A DNA stretch of 64,000 nucleotides from Camelus dromedarius. Taxonomy: Eukaryota. Location: positions 116,376,001-116,440,000 of the forward strand of contig NC_087437.1 in the NCBI RefSeq assembly GCF_036321535.1, in the 5' to 3' direction. Made by a program: the position numbers and the translations under genes. Of this stretch, positions 13,141 through 26,332 are shown piece by piece. Positions within the stretch are counted from its first letter, which is position 1, and the number at the start of each line of letters is the position of its first letter. The notes under the pieces were generated by a model, which saw only the letters and a program-made list of their open reading frames with translations, was not told the origin of the DNA and did no database searches.

Positions 13141-13209
13141 GGACCCGCAGAGGGAAGCCAGGAAGGGGGAGGAGAAGACACATGTGTGTGAAAAGACAAA
13201 TACGGGGTC

Positions 13210-13608
13210 TGTTATGAACTGAATAACTGTGTCCCCACCCTTGCCCCAAGAACTACCTGTTGAAGCCCTAGTCCCAAACATGATGGCATCTGGAGGTGCG
13301 GCCTTTGGGAGATAATCAAGTTTAGATGAGGTCCTGAGGGTGAGGCCCCCAGGATTGGATTAGTGTCCTAATAAGAAGACGAAGAGACAAGATCTCTCCC
13401 TCCCTCTCTCCCTCTCTCTCTCTGCTACGGAGGATACAGTGAGGAGGCAGCCATCCACAACCCAAGGAGAGTGCTCTCACCAGGCACCAAGCCTGCCGGC
13501 AACTTGATCTTGGACTTCCAGTCTCTGCAACTGGGACAAATAAATTCCTATTGCTTAAGCTTCCCAGTCTACGGTATTTTGCGGTGGCAGCTGGAGCAGA
13601 CCACGACG
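13210..13608 (+). mobile_element. Solo MaLR LTR (MLT1A-like), about 140 bp from the ERG acceptor
   Basis: Begins tgttatgaactgaat. Contains gggagataatcaagtttagatgaggtc, ttgatcttggacttccagtctc and aaataaattcctattg. Confidence 0.85.
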
Positions 13609-15479
13609 GTGCCCAGGCTCGGTGGAAGCAGAGGGTAGGCACATGGGATGCAAACCTTCCACCTGGCTTCCATTTCTCCAGCTAGCTCCTTCAGAAACTG
13701 TCACGTCAAAACCCCATCTGTGACAGCGGATTGGAAACATTCACAGGGGAACAGTGAACTGTGGCCTGCTCTCCCCCTTTGACTATAACCAGCCACACGC
13801 ACAGATGCTGGGAGGAGACCCTGGGGCCACTCAGTTTAGCTTAGAGTGACACGCCTCTTCAAAACCTCAGAAGGAAATCCTTGTGTTGAATTTACAACTC
13901 CAGCAGCCAAGTCTTTAGATATGGAGTTTGAAGTCTCCCTGTCTTCCTGGCTGAGGGGCAGGCCCAAAGGCAGAGAAAGGACAGGCTTGGCCTCCTGGGA
14001 GGCAGCAGGCCAGGGGACCCCAGGAGCCCCACAGGACTGGGACTGGGGTGGGAAACCCGCTGTGTGTCTGCAGGAAGGAGTCGGCTGTTGGCCCTCAGCT
14101 CACAGCTCACAGCCCACAGGGCCACTGTTAGTCCAGGCAGCCAAGGCCACGTGGATAAAGACAAGCATGCTTTTCTAGAAAAAGAAAAAAGGGACTATAT
14201 ATATTTTTAAGTGAGATCTGAAAGTTACCGGACACAGTGAAATCATACGCAATAGGGAAACACCAAACAGAAAATCCAGCTTAGTGGATGAAACAGAAAA
14301 ATGTGTCAGTGCCTTCTTAGGTGGTTAAGCCACAGACCATTAACCCACGATCCCTGTAGCTGCAGGGGTCTTGGTAATTGGGTTGAGTTCTTCTAAGGTG
14401 GACATCTGGAAATTTCCTCCCAAGTGCTGCCCAACACAGGGTTTTCATACTCTTGGGAATCTACAAATATCCACAGGATGTTAGATTTCCACCCCAATAT
14501 CTGAGGCCCTGACGGCTGTGAGCTCCACTCCAACGGGCCCTCCTTTGTCTCCTTCACACCTTTTAGCTGGAACTCGGCAGCCAACTTGCAGAATCCTGGA
14601 ACTATAGGCCTGGCATGGATGTGACCTTCAAGTCTGAGAAGCTTTGAGGCATCGGAGGCAGGAGGGCACGTGCTGGGTAGGACAGGGCTGAGGTGGGATG
14701 GAGAGGTCATTCCAGACCCAAAGGCCATGGCAGGCTGTGGACAGGGAGGGCAGACCAAAGGCCCTGGAAAGAGTTTGTTCAGCGTCTGGGAACTTTCAAA
14801 ATACAGATTTGTTCTCAGCATCCCTTGCACATGCCTAGTGCTGATGGAGGAGCTAAGGGTTGACAATGAGGAAGGAGCAGCGGAGCCTGTGGATGGAGGT
14901 TATAGATGGGGTCGCCCAGGACGGGCCTGGAAATACATAAACCTGCTTCATGGCATCCTCACAGCTGTACTAACATGAAGGAAATTTGAAAATAATAGTG
15001 GTCTCAGTTCCCATGGTGCAGATCCTCTATGTTTCCATCGCTGCTACACATGCATTATTTCCTCTTGCTGCTGTTTTTCCTGGCTTCAAACATTTATCTC
15101 CAAAAGACCCATCCTAACATCAAAACACTGAACACCTTCACTTGAGACTTAGTTTCCTATCCCTTTGGAAAATTCCATCAGTTGAGTGGAGTGTGTATGT
15201 TTTGGTCTATTTGTCTCAAGGAGAGAAGTTACTAGGGAGGAAAGTTAAAGGGATTTGGTCCTTTAGGAAAAGACTTCAGAAGCTACTCAGGTGGTGAGCG
15301 TAACTTAAGTAACAACTGTACAAAGATGCCACTAAATGTTCAGATTCATTCATTCACTCATCCATTAGGGCCATTTTCATTCAGGGCCTGCAGTATACCA
15401 CACACCATAAATTCTGTCTTCTCCAGCAAGGCAGTGAACCACCTAAAAAAGTTAAAAGGCATATCTAAAAACATATATA

Positions 15480-15830
15480 TATATACAAATTTAATTTACA
15501 AACCAGAAACAGACTCAAGAACACAGAAAACAAACTGGTTACTGAGGGGAAAAGGGGTGGGGAGGGACAGGTTAGGAGTTTGGGACTAACAGATAGACAC
15601 TACTGTATACAAAATAGATAAACAACAAGGACCTACTGTATAGCACAGGGAACTATATTCAATTTCTTGTAATGATCCATACTGGACAAGAATCTGAAAA
15701 AATGTATATAAGTATATATGCATATGTGTAACTGAATCGCTTTGCTGTACACCTGAACTAACATTGTAAATCAACTACAGTTCAATAGAAAATAAGAACT
15801 ATAAATAAGTAAATAAATAAATAAGTCAAA
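15480..15830 (+). mobile_element. Artiodactyl-type L1 3'UTR with (TAAA)n tail
   Basis: aacaaggacctactgtatagcacagggaactatattcaat...gctgtacacctgaaactaac. Confidence 0.88.
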
Positions 15831-15924
15831 ATTTGTTTTTTAAAAAGTCAAATTTAAAAGTCAAAGAGATGTATAGAATTATAGAAATAGGGGACACTGG
15901 GGATCATGGACCCTTCAGACCAAC

Positions 15925-16083
15925 AACTATTTCCCTGAGCTATTCTGTAGGTCCTTGTTTATCTATCTTATGCACAGTGGTGTGTATGTGTTAATCCCAA
16001 ATCACTAATTTATCCCTCCCGTCCCTTTTGATAACCATAAATTGTTTTCTACGTCTGTGAGTCTATTTCTGTTTTGTAAATAA
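15925..16083 (-). mobile_element. L1 3'UTR fragment, inverted relative to the 15480 copy
   Basis: Reverse complement reads ttatttacaaaacagaaatagactcacagac...aacaaggacctac...gctcagggaa. Confidence 0.8.
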
Positions 16084-16260
16084 GGGAGAAATAGGAGTTA
16101 CTAATCAACAGCCATAAAGTTTCAGCCAAGTAAAATGAAAGAAGAGATCTGCTGTAGAACCTTGTACGTTTGGTCAACAGTAATGTACACTGTTTAAAAT
16201 ATGTTTAAAGGGTAAGTCTCAGTTGTAAAGTGCTCTTACCACAATGACATAAATAAAAAA
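16084..16260 (+). mobile_element. Older L1 (L1MA-like) 3' end
   Basis: ataaagtttcagc...gagatctgctgtagaac...aagtgctcttaccacaa followed by an A-rich tail. Confidence 0.65.
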
Positions 16261-17144
16261 TTATTGTGTCTTAACCGTATTCTCAAATTCACATTTTCAG
16301 GTCTGGGTTCTAATTATAACCCACAAAACGCTGGTCTTGACAATCCCATACAATATGTGGCCTTAGTGAGAGGGAATGGGAGCCAGGAAGACAGCTGGTT
16401 CCCTCTGCTCACAGCAGAAGAAATTCCACATTGGGCTGGGGTCACCCCAAGAGGGGAAGGCTGGCTCAGACTAGGAATTTCAGAAAGGCATTGGACAACA
16501 GCAGGGATAGGGGCAAAAAACTGGGTGTGTCACTCCCAGAGTCCCATAAAACGTGTCTGGAGCCGCACAACTTTAGAAGCTTAACCTCTGCCGCAAGTCT
16601 CACACATTTCCATGCCACTTGGGCATAACTGCGGTCACCCTGGGCAATGCAGAAATAGCATAGAAAGACCCCTCAACCTTCATGATGAACAAGATGGGGT
16701 GTGGGTGCCCTTCTTCTGACAGCTGGGGACTCATGCCCAACTAAGTCACCTGTTGAGCCTCAATTAACTAATCACTCTCAAGTAGCATCTGGAGAATTCA
16801 GTTCGGGTGAGATGAGAACATCGGCCTTAACTCCCTAAAACATACTAGTATTACGAATTAACGGTGAAAGAACATGGCAAAGAACAGCAAATAAATTGGA
16901 AATTTTACTCAATTTAAATTAAGGTGAGAAGTTGGACAGGCTACCAAACCCAACGGGGTTCTCACAGGGTTACAGAATCAGAGGCCTGGAAGAAACTCCA
17001 TTCCCAAGCCCCGAGGCAAGACTCTCCAGAAGCTACTGGCATGAATACGCATTTAACTTACGTTCACATTTTTCTAAGGAGGAGAGTCCATCATTTTTCT
17101 CTGCAACTCTGGCGTATTTATGTGTACGTGTGGTGGCTCTGAAT

Positions 17145-17550
17145 ATATTTTAGTCCCCTGCCCTTCTTCAAACTATGTGACATTTGAGGTGGATTACAAA
17201 AATGCACACAAGACAAAACGATAATATAAATGATCACAGGAATGGAAGTGAATGTTACGTAAGAGTGGAAACGTAATTAATCAAGAGATAAAATCAGCAC
17301 ATCGAGTAAGCTTACTATTTATAGTTGTTAGAGGTAGGACATCAGTTTATCTCTGAACTTTCTACTAGCCCAAGCAAAGAAGGAAGTATACCTTGTGACA
17401 ATTCAAGGTGTCAGAAAGATACCAATGAACCCATTATTTAGCAGAAGCAAAGCTTTTCCTGGACTGAAACTTAACAGAAGTTTCTCTCCTGGCTTCTCCT
17501 GGAGAGAACTGGGTGATGCAGCAAGCAGCATCCTTCCCAGCATCCCATAA
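17145..17550 (-). mobile_element. Possible ancient RTE-X/L4-like LINE 3' end
   Basis: ccctgcccttcttc...atttgaggtggattac resembles my recollection of the reverse complement of the L4 3' terminus. Family uncertain. Confidence 0.35.
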
Positions 17551-20500
17551 CAGATCTAAGAATATTCCACTCAGGGCCAGGAGGGGCTGGTGATAAAGCA
17601 GGGCGCTCTGGGCACACAGCTCTCAGCTACTTCAGCTACAGAAATCAGGAGACTGTGTGTCCTCAGCCAGTGCTCCATACTTATCTTCTTGACACTGTTT
17701 TTGGAGAACGCCGGCCAACCAGACAGATGAGTGCAAAAAGATTTAAGAAAAAGAAAAAGAATGCTTGAAAAATGGAAACATCTTGAGAGCTGGAGTGCTG
17801 TATATTTCAATTTCCACAACCTTCTAATTTAGATGTTTTAAATTCAGATTTGCCTCTGCGAATACCTAATGCATGGTGGTCAAACAAATATTGACAAACC
17901 TTCTTTGGTTCTTCTTTGGACCTTCTATCCCGTATTTGACTGTTTGCTCATGCTAGGGACGGCTCCAAACTCTTTTCATGTTTTCACTATGGCTGAAACA
18001 TTTAAAATGGTGCCTAGCACGCGATAAATACCACGTGCCAGCTCTTACTAGTCGTCTCAGCCACACAGCAGCCCCACAAGGTCAAACACCAATAGGCAGC
18101 AGCAGTGCTGCAGGTGATGTGCAGGGAGGCTGGACACAGGCCGTGCCCACGGTTACACCACCACCAGCGGAGGAGCTGGGATCTGAATCCAGACAGTTGG
18201 GGTCCTGAGTCCAAGTACTTGACCACCACCCAATAAAACCTCACCTGGTAACTCTGCACGTGTAGTCTCTTTCACAGACACAAAATATGATGGAAGGGAC
18301 CCTCAGAACACTCGGTTGCATCACTATTGGGTATTTTCAGGGAGAATATCCCGGGAGTGGCCCCGAGGACAGTCATGGAGAGGGTGGCAAATGTGAAATG
18401 AGTAGGGATGGCCACATGCAAAGGAAGAGCCTCTTGGAAGACACAAAAGATGACCATGTTTATTTGGACACACATGAACTTTGATAAATTCAGTTTAAAA
18501 AAAGTTGGCCACCTCGATTTACAGTTGAATGTCATATATTCCTTCCCAAAACTTCCTTGGGGCGCTCAGCACGGCGCAGGCTCTGCAGAGATGATGGGCA
18601 AACATTCAGGAGTGTGAGGAAATCGGGCAGGAAGCTCCCGTGCTAAGAGAGCAGAGTGTGAGTGCCTGTGACTCAGAAGAGGGAACTGAGGACCAGGACA
18701 GAGGCACTGGGAAAGCAGTCAATCAAATATTTTTTTAAGATTAAGTGGATCCCAGCCCAAGACAAAAGCTTCATTTAGCTGTTTCCATACACAATCCCTT
18801 TTTGTGAAAAGGAGGTAACGTGCCTCTAAAAGCATACCGAGAAATCAAAATTAGGGCCTTGGTTTTTGAGAAACAAAATAAACTTGGCATCTGACGTTGG
18901 TCTTCTCACATCAGAGTCTACTTAACAGCGGGGCCGATTCTATCATGGAAAGCGCCCGCAGTGCAAAGGCACAGACGTGGCTATTGGCTTTACAAGGATG
19001 TGCTGCGCATGAATGGACCTCATTTATCCAAAGATGTCACTGTACGTGGCCCCAGGCGACAGCCCTGAGCTCACCAGCCCCATGAGATCTGTGATTCACC
19101 CTCACTTCACAACGGTTAGCGGAGGCACTCAGGCCTTTGAGAAAGTCCAAGGCAAGTCAAAATCGAATTTGGGCAATCATGATAACTTCTTCTAGTGGGT
19201 AGAGGCCAACCCACCAATCTCCTCGAAAATCCACCCATTCCTCAAGCCCCATCGTCCTTCCTGTTCCTGGATTCCTTCTGCACTTGGGGATGACTTCCCC
19301 TGCCCTGTTCTCCATCACGTGCTCTGAGAATACGTGGAGTAGTCCTGAGGTTTCCCTCCAGAGAGTCCTCTCTCTGCTTCCAGAGTGATCCTCCCCAAAT
19401 ACAGTCCACTCTGGCCACAGGCAACCCAAGTCTTCCCTGGCCCACAGTGCCTCTGGACAAATGCACACTCCCTGGACTCTCCCCGCCAACTGGTCCTGGG
19501 TCTCCTCGATTCATTCATGCATGTAACAAATACTCATGAAGCAAGTCTCTCCGCCAGGCACTGTCCCAGGTGCTGGGGAGCCGTCAGTGCCCCTACTCTC
19601 GTGGTGCCTGCATCTGAATGGGTGAAGCGCCCCCTCCCCAGCTCTATGAACTCCACCCTTGAAGATCACATTCCACAGCACCTCCAACTCTTAGGTGGGT
19701 AAGCAAGCTAATGTCTACTCCCCTGCCATCTCCGGCCTATCTCAGTTTATTAGAATGTCACTGTCTTTCCGAATGTTCTTTTTAGTCTATTAGACGATTT
19801 CGTGTCTAGAACTTGGTGATGATGCCGCATGGGGGAAATACAAACGCTTTCTTTGGCAGCTCTACCCCGAGGGTCCAAAGAGGTCAGCTCCACGAGAGGG
19901 CCCCAAGGAGGCCGACGGGGGCCCGCAGCCCAGGCCTGGCTCCAGCCTGAATAGGAATCCATCCGTCCTCAGGTGGTTTTCCTCCTAAGAATCCTAAAAG
20001 CACATGCTTAGCCTAAGTCGACCGCACCAAGCCCTAATCGAGCTTCACGGCATGAATTGAGGTAGTCACCACAAAAGGTATTTTTAGGACCCCAGACAAG
20101 GAGGGGATTGTCTGGAGAGCTCCGGGGTAATTTGTGGGTCTGTTTTATTTCTGAATCAGAGGCAGTGGAAAAGCTGCTTCAGACCCCACGGCCCGAGCAG
20201 CGGGCGGAGCTCGGCAGTGATTCATGCAGAAGCCCGGGCTCGAAGTGAAACTGGAGATGTTTGTCTTCACAGCTGTGTGTTATTTTTACCCTTACTAAAC
20301 ATTCTTTCTTACACCTGGAATTTCAGCCTCTTCCCCCTCCTCCCCAGCCCTGTTCCCGTTCCCCCTCCTCCCAAGCAGCTGAAGACTAAATTAATTAAAA
20401 CGTCACCACCAACAGTTAGTTCTTTGTCCCTTAAAGGAGCTTGAAGTTTCCCCGTGAAAGTTTCATTATTTAAATACGTATTTCTCCTAACAGCTGAAAA

Positions 20501-21929
20501 CGGGTATCAGGACCATCTCACATTTAGACCTTTGAAAACGGGAAATGCATCCTCTTGAGAATTCGTTGTTTAATGGAGGCAAAGTGTTCTATTGAATGAG
20601 CGCTCTTCAGATAGCCATGTGACAAAAACGACATGTGGCGACTTTTCTATCTCGTGAGGTTTTTTTCTCGAAGCACTTCCACTTTTCAGAGAGGAAGGAA
20701 TTAAGCCCGACAGCCATTACGGAGCTTCAGGTTTTTAAATGCCCAACAGACTACGTAAATCCTGGTTAATGGAGATGATTTTACTTTTAAGATAGAAAAT
20801 GCCAAACAGTCCCCTTGTCCCTGCTATCAACACCCACGGTGACGGATGGGATTCCCCTGCATCCTAAGGAAGGGTACAGCTCTCAGACTTCTCCTCCACA
20901 TGGTGCCCCTTCATTCGACATCCCAAGAGAAGGCAAAGACGGTCATGAGTGACGCCACGGACGACAGATGAGGGAAAGTCTGCTCTGGACACAGAGGCAG
21001 TAACAGAGGACTTGTCCCCCTCACTAACTTTTCCCTTTCAGTCCCCGTCTCAGCCCTGTAGCCCAATGACCTGACATCTGTAAAGACACAAGGCCCCTGA
21101 CAAGGGGGATAAGCTGTGACCACCCGACCGCACTGTCACGGGAAAACCGGTGGTTTTCCTCCCACCCCGCGCTGCCCACCGCTTGGAAGGTGACCCAGCC
21201 TGACATCTCTCATGCCAGCGCGGTTCAGAGCCCCGAGGCAGACAGGAACAGATGCGATCACAGCTGCATATTTCACCGTCCTCAGAGAATACGTAGTCTT
21301 ACAGAAAATGTAAGAATACACGTGTGAAGTCAGATCTCAGTGCAACAAAGCAGAACGGCGTGAGAGAGTCCAGGCCCAGCGAGAGACCAGTTCCAATGAG
21401 CCGCTTTCAAATGCCACACACTGAGCACTGCAAGTTAAATGACAGGATCTGACGTTAAGAGACTCAGTGTTTGTCGGCAGCAGTTCCTCCCCCAGGCAAA
21501 GGGCCTCTACCAATGTCATGACGCAGAGGACACTTGAACAGTCCCCATCGTGAAACTGGGAATTTTTAATTTATAATTTCAGCCTCACAAGTATTTCCTG
21601 AGAGCCACTGCTAGGCTTGTGCTGCGGGTTTCCCATCACACCAATGATTTTTAAAACGTGGTTCTGTCTGGAGTCACCTCGTGAAGGTAACGTGAAGATG
21701 AAAGCCAGGTGAACTGATCTGCTGTCATGAAGTAAAATGAGACAAAGGAAAAACTTCTTGACGTGTAATATACCCAAGAAATCAAAATATGGGCTGTGTT
21801 TGGATTGAACGCCTTTCAGAGGACAGAAGATTGGACATACTGTTTGTCCATCACCTGGAAGAAACTCCACCATCCCTGTCCACACAGAGGTAGATGTCTG
21901 GCTAAAGGAAGCAGGCCTGAGGGAGGAAG

Positions 21930-22125
21930 AGGAGTGCAGGCCTGGGGTCACGTGGCCCACAATAGGCAGACTTAAGCAAGTTATGGAAACTTTTGGAAAC
22001 TCAATGGTCTTCATCCGTAAAGTGGGTATAATCTTAAAGCCATCTCTCAGATGTAAGGAGGAAATCGGATGATATATTTTATCCTACAGTCTATTAATAA
22101 ATCACAGTATGTGGTAGAAATGTTA
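21930..22125. mobile_element. MIR remnant
   Basis: acttaagcaagttatggaaactt...tcttcatccgtaaagtgggtataat. Confidence 0.55.
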
Positions 22126-22305
22126 ACATTACTCCTCTGGGAGTCTTTCCTGCCTGTGTCCCTGCTGTGGCTGAGCCCAGAGCATCCCTCTGAACTTGGA
22201 CCTGTCATGCAACCTCACAGAATGTTTTTCACCCTTGATGAACCATCTTCAGAGCAGCTAACACAGCCCATGATGAAGAGTAAACGGCAAATAAATGGGT
22301 TAGTG

Positions 22306-22548
22306 CGGGGTTTCTCACCTTGAGACTACTGACATTTGGGGCCAGACCATTCTGTTTTGGAGCAGGCCGGTGGGGCGGGGGGAGATGTCCTGTGTGTGTG
22401 TGACCGGATGTTAAGTGGCATCCTTGTGGCACCCCTAGCCTCAAGCCACCAGATGCCAGGAACACCCCCCCAGCTGTGACCATCAGCGTGTCTGCAGACA
22501 TTGCCAAATGTCCCCTGGGGGCACAGCCACGGTGACTGAGAACCACTG
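22306..22548. mobile_element. MER20 (hAT-Charlie)
   Basis: TIR-like ends cggggtttctca / tgagaaccactg. Internal gacatttggggccaga and cagacattgccaaatgtcccctgggg. Confidence 0.85.
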
Positions 22549-22739
22549 GTTTAACGAGTAAGATCCACTGGACTCAAGCGAGGCGCCCAGAGCCCCTCCC
22601 ACCTTGCCCGGTGCTTATCAGAGCCCAGTGCACGTCCCCACTGCCTGGGCTGGTACTTCCAGGGGCCGCGGCTTGAATCTCGGGAGGACTCCCAGTTGTA
22701 GTTTGTCCATCCCTCGTTTAGGTACAACCCCTAAACCAG

Positions 22740-23495
22740 GAGCTCCTTCTCACTTCCCTCTTCCTCACTCCATAGGTCTAACCCGTCAGCAAAATACACC
22801 AGTGCTGCCTTCCAAATACGTCCACAACGCAATCACCTTCCTCCACCCCTCCATCACTAACGCCCTCATGCAGGCCTCACCATCCTTTACTAGGAGTCCT
22901 GCAGGGGTCTCCTCGTGAGTCTTGACTTCAACACAGGAGCCAGAGAGATCCTGCCAAATCTGAGTGACAGCATGTTCCTCCTTTGCTTATAGCCAACAGT
23001 CTCCCAGCTCACTCAGAGTGAAGATCAAAGCCCCTCTCTGGCCCCACCGTCACTCAATCTCATCTCCCCTGACTTTTCCCCTTGGTCACTAAACATCAGC
23101 CACAGCTATCCTCCAACATGTCAGGCTGACCTCAGGGCCTCTGCACTTACCACTCCATTTGCCTGGAATATTCTTCTGCTGGTTAAACACGGGACCTTCT
23201 CCCTCACTGACTTTGGGGCTTGGCTCAGATGTCATGGTCTCAAAGGTGACGTTCTCAGGCTGCCCCATCCAGAACTGCCACCCTCTTCCCTGCTTTATTT
23301 TTCTCCTTAGCATTTACCACAATCTAACCCGCTACACTTTAATCAGTCATCTGGTTCAATGGCCATCTTGCCCATCAAAAACTGAATGCATCTCCCAAGT
23401 GAGACAGATTTTTTTGTATGTTTTATGACTGTATATAAAGTACCTAAAACTGACTGCACACAGAAGGTGCTCAGTCACTTGTTGGATGAAGGTAT
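22740..23495 (+). mobile_element. L2 3' portion
   Basis: ctgccttccaaatacgtcc, acctcagggcctctgcactt...tgcctggaat, and a terminal ggtgctcagtcacttgttggatgaa. Confidence 0.8.
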
Positions 23496-23886
23496 GCCTG
23501 CATGCCTAACCAGCACGCCCGACACCAAGATGGACCAAATCAGGGAGCCCCCTCCTCTGTCATCACAATGCAGATGGCAGGCTTTTTAACTACTACGCCA
23601 AGAGCATCCCGCACTCTGACTCTCGGCTGGAGTTACTCACAGCACACGGTGAATCTCCTTCCCAGACCACAGAGAGAGGCAAGGCCCAGTCTCTCATCAC
23701 ACAGGCTCAGCCAGACAAACACCACCGCGGTGTGAGGTGAGGGCCGTGCCCTGCGCCCAGGCAGACGGGCTTCCTGGGAGCAAAGCTTCCTCTGCACGTT
23801 GTTCCCCCAGACTATCCACTCTACCAGCCACCTTCACCCAGCTCCGGGGAGTCCTGGTCTTCACCTCCCTGGATCCTGCCACAGGG

Positions 23887-24073
23887 CAGCAGCTCTCAAA
23901 ACAGTGAGCATTAGAATCCCCTGGGGGACCTGTTGAAACACAGAGCCCTGGGCTCCATCCCAGAGTCTCTTCTGATTCAGCAGGTCTGGGAGGGAACTGA
24001 GAATCTGCTTCTCTAACAAGCTCCCAGGTGGTGCTGAAGCTGTGGATTTGGGGCCTCACTTTGAGAATCGGTG
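23887..24073. mobile_element. MER5A (hAT-Charlie)
   Basis: cagcagctctcaaa...ttctgattcagcaggtctggg...ctaacaagctcccaggtg...cactttgagaat. Confidence 0.85.
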
Positions 24074-25999
24074 CACCAGGGGGCCCCTCAACCAATGACT
24101 TAAACAATAGGTTAACGACTCCAGGTGGCTTGGGCCCTGGGCTAGGAGCAGGGCCCACAGCCCAGCACACAAATTCAGTCCGTTTCAGCTGCAGTGAGCC
24201 TCCAGGTGGGCCAGCATGGAATTGCCATCACCTCCAGGTAGGCTACCAGGATTTTTCATTGCCTGTGGAAGGATGAAGCAGATGCCCAATGCAACCTGCC
24301 TGAGATTCGGCTGAATCTCTGAGGCAGGGATGCTGGGATAGAGTAAAGCGGACTGCTTTGCACCCAACACTGCCTGCTCATAGTGGAAGGCAATTTTCTT
24401 GTGAGTGTGTGTGTGTGTGTGTGCATGTGTCTGTTTCTTGGCCTGTCCTGCTGGTCCACAGTGGCTTGAGCCTTAGGAACTTCACAGAGAATTACGGCCG
24501 TTAGCAGGGGGCATGCCGGAGGCTAGGCGGCCCTAAGCCCCAGCCGGGCCCCCCGTGCACATGCACCGCACAGGGAACAGCAGGTTCCAGCTCGTCTGCA
24601 CTGACATGTCTCCACGTCCCCACTATGTGAACACTTGGGAGACTGGAGTGAAGACAGGGGAGAGGCAAGGTGGCTGTGGACCACTAAAGCTGAGACATGA
24701 TGTGCTGTGTCCACACAACGTGCAATTGGATTAGCGTCTTCAAGAACTGTGTCCTCTGATACAGCCACCACCAAGCCAAACCTGCAGTGGTGGCCCTGGT
24801 GGCTCACCAGGCATGGCCCCTTTCTATCCCATTTTCCTTTTATTATTTTTGCAGCGCTCTGTTATAACGGCAACAGAGCTCATTTCTCTGCTTGTTTTTC
24901 ATTTCAGGAGCTTGTGTGCACGTTTGGGCTGAGGTTTGGTAGAATTCCATCACTTGGTTGGGAAGCTAAGTTCCTCCCTCCTCCCAAAGTCTTGGCCTTT
25001 CCCTCTGAGGGTAATGGATGGATAGAAACAGACAGAGAGGACCATTCCCAGGGGCAGTATCTCACATGGAAAGAGCTGGGCTGTGTTCTGGCAAGACCCA
25101 GGCTGTAGAGAGAACTCTTCCCCAGAGAGGTGTTGAGCAATGAGGGGTCACAAAGGTAACAGCCCACACATTCTAGCTCAAGTTCAATTTTTGACTTATA
25201 TAAATTCCCCATGAAGTTGACTTTAAGAGGCAAATGTGCTACATCAAAGTCCACCACACACAAGCTCACTTTTCTAGCTGCAATCCCTAACTCCCTGGCA
25301 CTTCTGGCCAGTGTTTTCAAGGTGGTGGGCCATCTCCCAGAAGACACAGGGAAGTGGCCCTTTCAGGAGCTGCTCCCCCATCCCTGGTGCTCGTGTAGAG
25401 AACCACATCCTCCCCCTTCCTCTGCAGCATCTCTGCCGTGAGCCCTTCCAGCTCCCTGACACCTGGGGCAGGGTAGGTACACCTGAGGTGCTATTCAAGG
25501 TCTCCAGAGCGAAAGCAGAGCCAATGCAGGTCCACATTCCGTTTTACGGGGCTGGAGCTGACATGCGTACAGATGATGCCGCCAGTCAGCCAAACCTGTG
25601 GATCTGATCCCGGCAGTCCTCCTGCCTGTGGGGCCTCTTCTAACCCTCTAGCTGAAATGAGCCTTAGCCCCACAGATGAATTTTGGGTTTTCCTCCCTCC
25701 ATGCCTCTTCAGGCAGCTGTCATGTTCCGAAGAGCAGACGATGCCTCACCACCCACCTGGTAGTATTCCACCAGGTCCCAGCCTTCAGGCTGGTCCTGGT
25801 GAACCACCGATCTGATGCACAACCCCTGCGACCGCTTCCCGTCCAGCCAGGTTGAGCCCCTTCAATGACAGGGAACTGGCCTCAGAAAACACTGGTTTGA
25901 ATGTCTGAAAGGAATGGCCCCACTAACCACTGACCAGCAAAGGGGCTGGGAATACCAGGTGCGGTCAGTTTCCTGGGTCCACGGGGCCAGTGCATCACA

Positions 26000-26332
26000 T
26001 CAGTGACTTAATCCAATGCCAATTGAGGTGTTGGTCTGAAGGTATTTCACAGACGCAGTTAACATCTACAGGCCACTGATGTGAAATAATCCTTGAGAAT
26101 GGAGGTGGGCCTTGTCTCATCAGTTGAAGCAAACCCTGAGATTTTCCTAAGAAAGAAGGAACACTGCCCCAAGACTGCTGCATCTACTCCTGCTTGCGTG
26201 TCCAGCCTGCCAGTACGCCCTACAGATCTCAGACTTGACAGTGTCCACAGCCGTGTGAGCCAGTTCTTCAAAATCAGTCTCTTAAACGCATATCCCATTG
26301 GTTCCATTGCTCTGGAGAACAATGACTGACAT
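26000..26332 (+). mobile_element. MLT2 (ERVL) LTR fragment
   Basis: ggtgggccttgtctcatcagttgaag, gccctacagatctcagactt and cccattggttccattgctctggagaac...gactgac. Confidence 0.8.

Noticed and set aside
12699..13199. 166-aa ORF as a complete gene
   Set aside because: Only 12920-13071 matches ERG and is bounded by splice sites. The extensions are GC-rich intron and (TG)n read-through.
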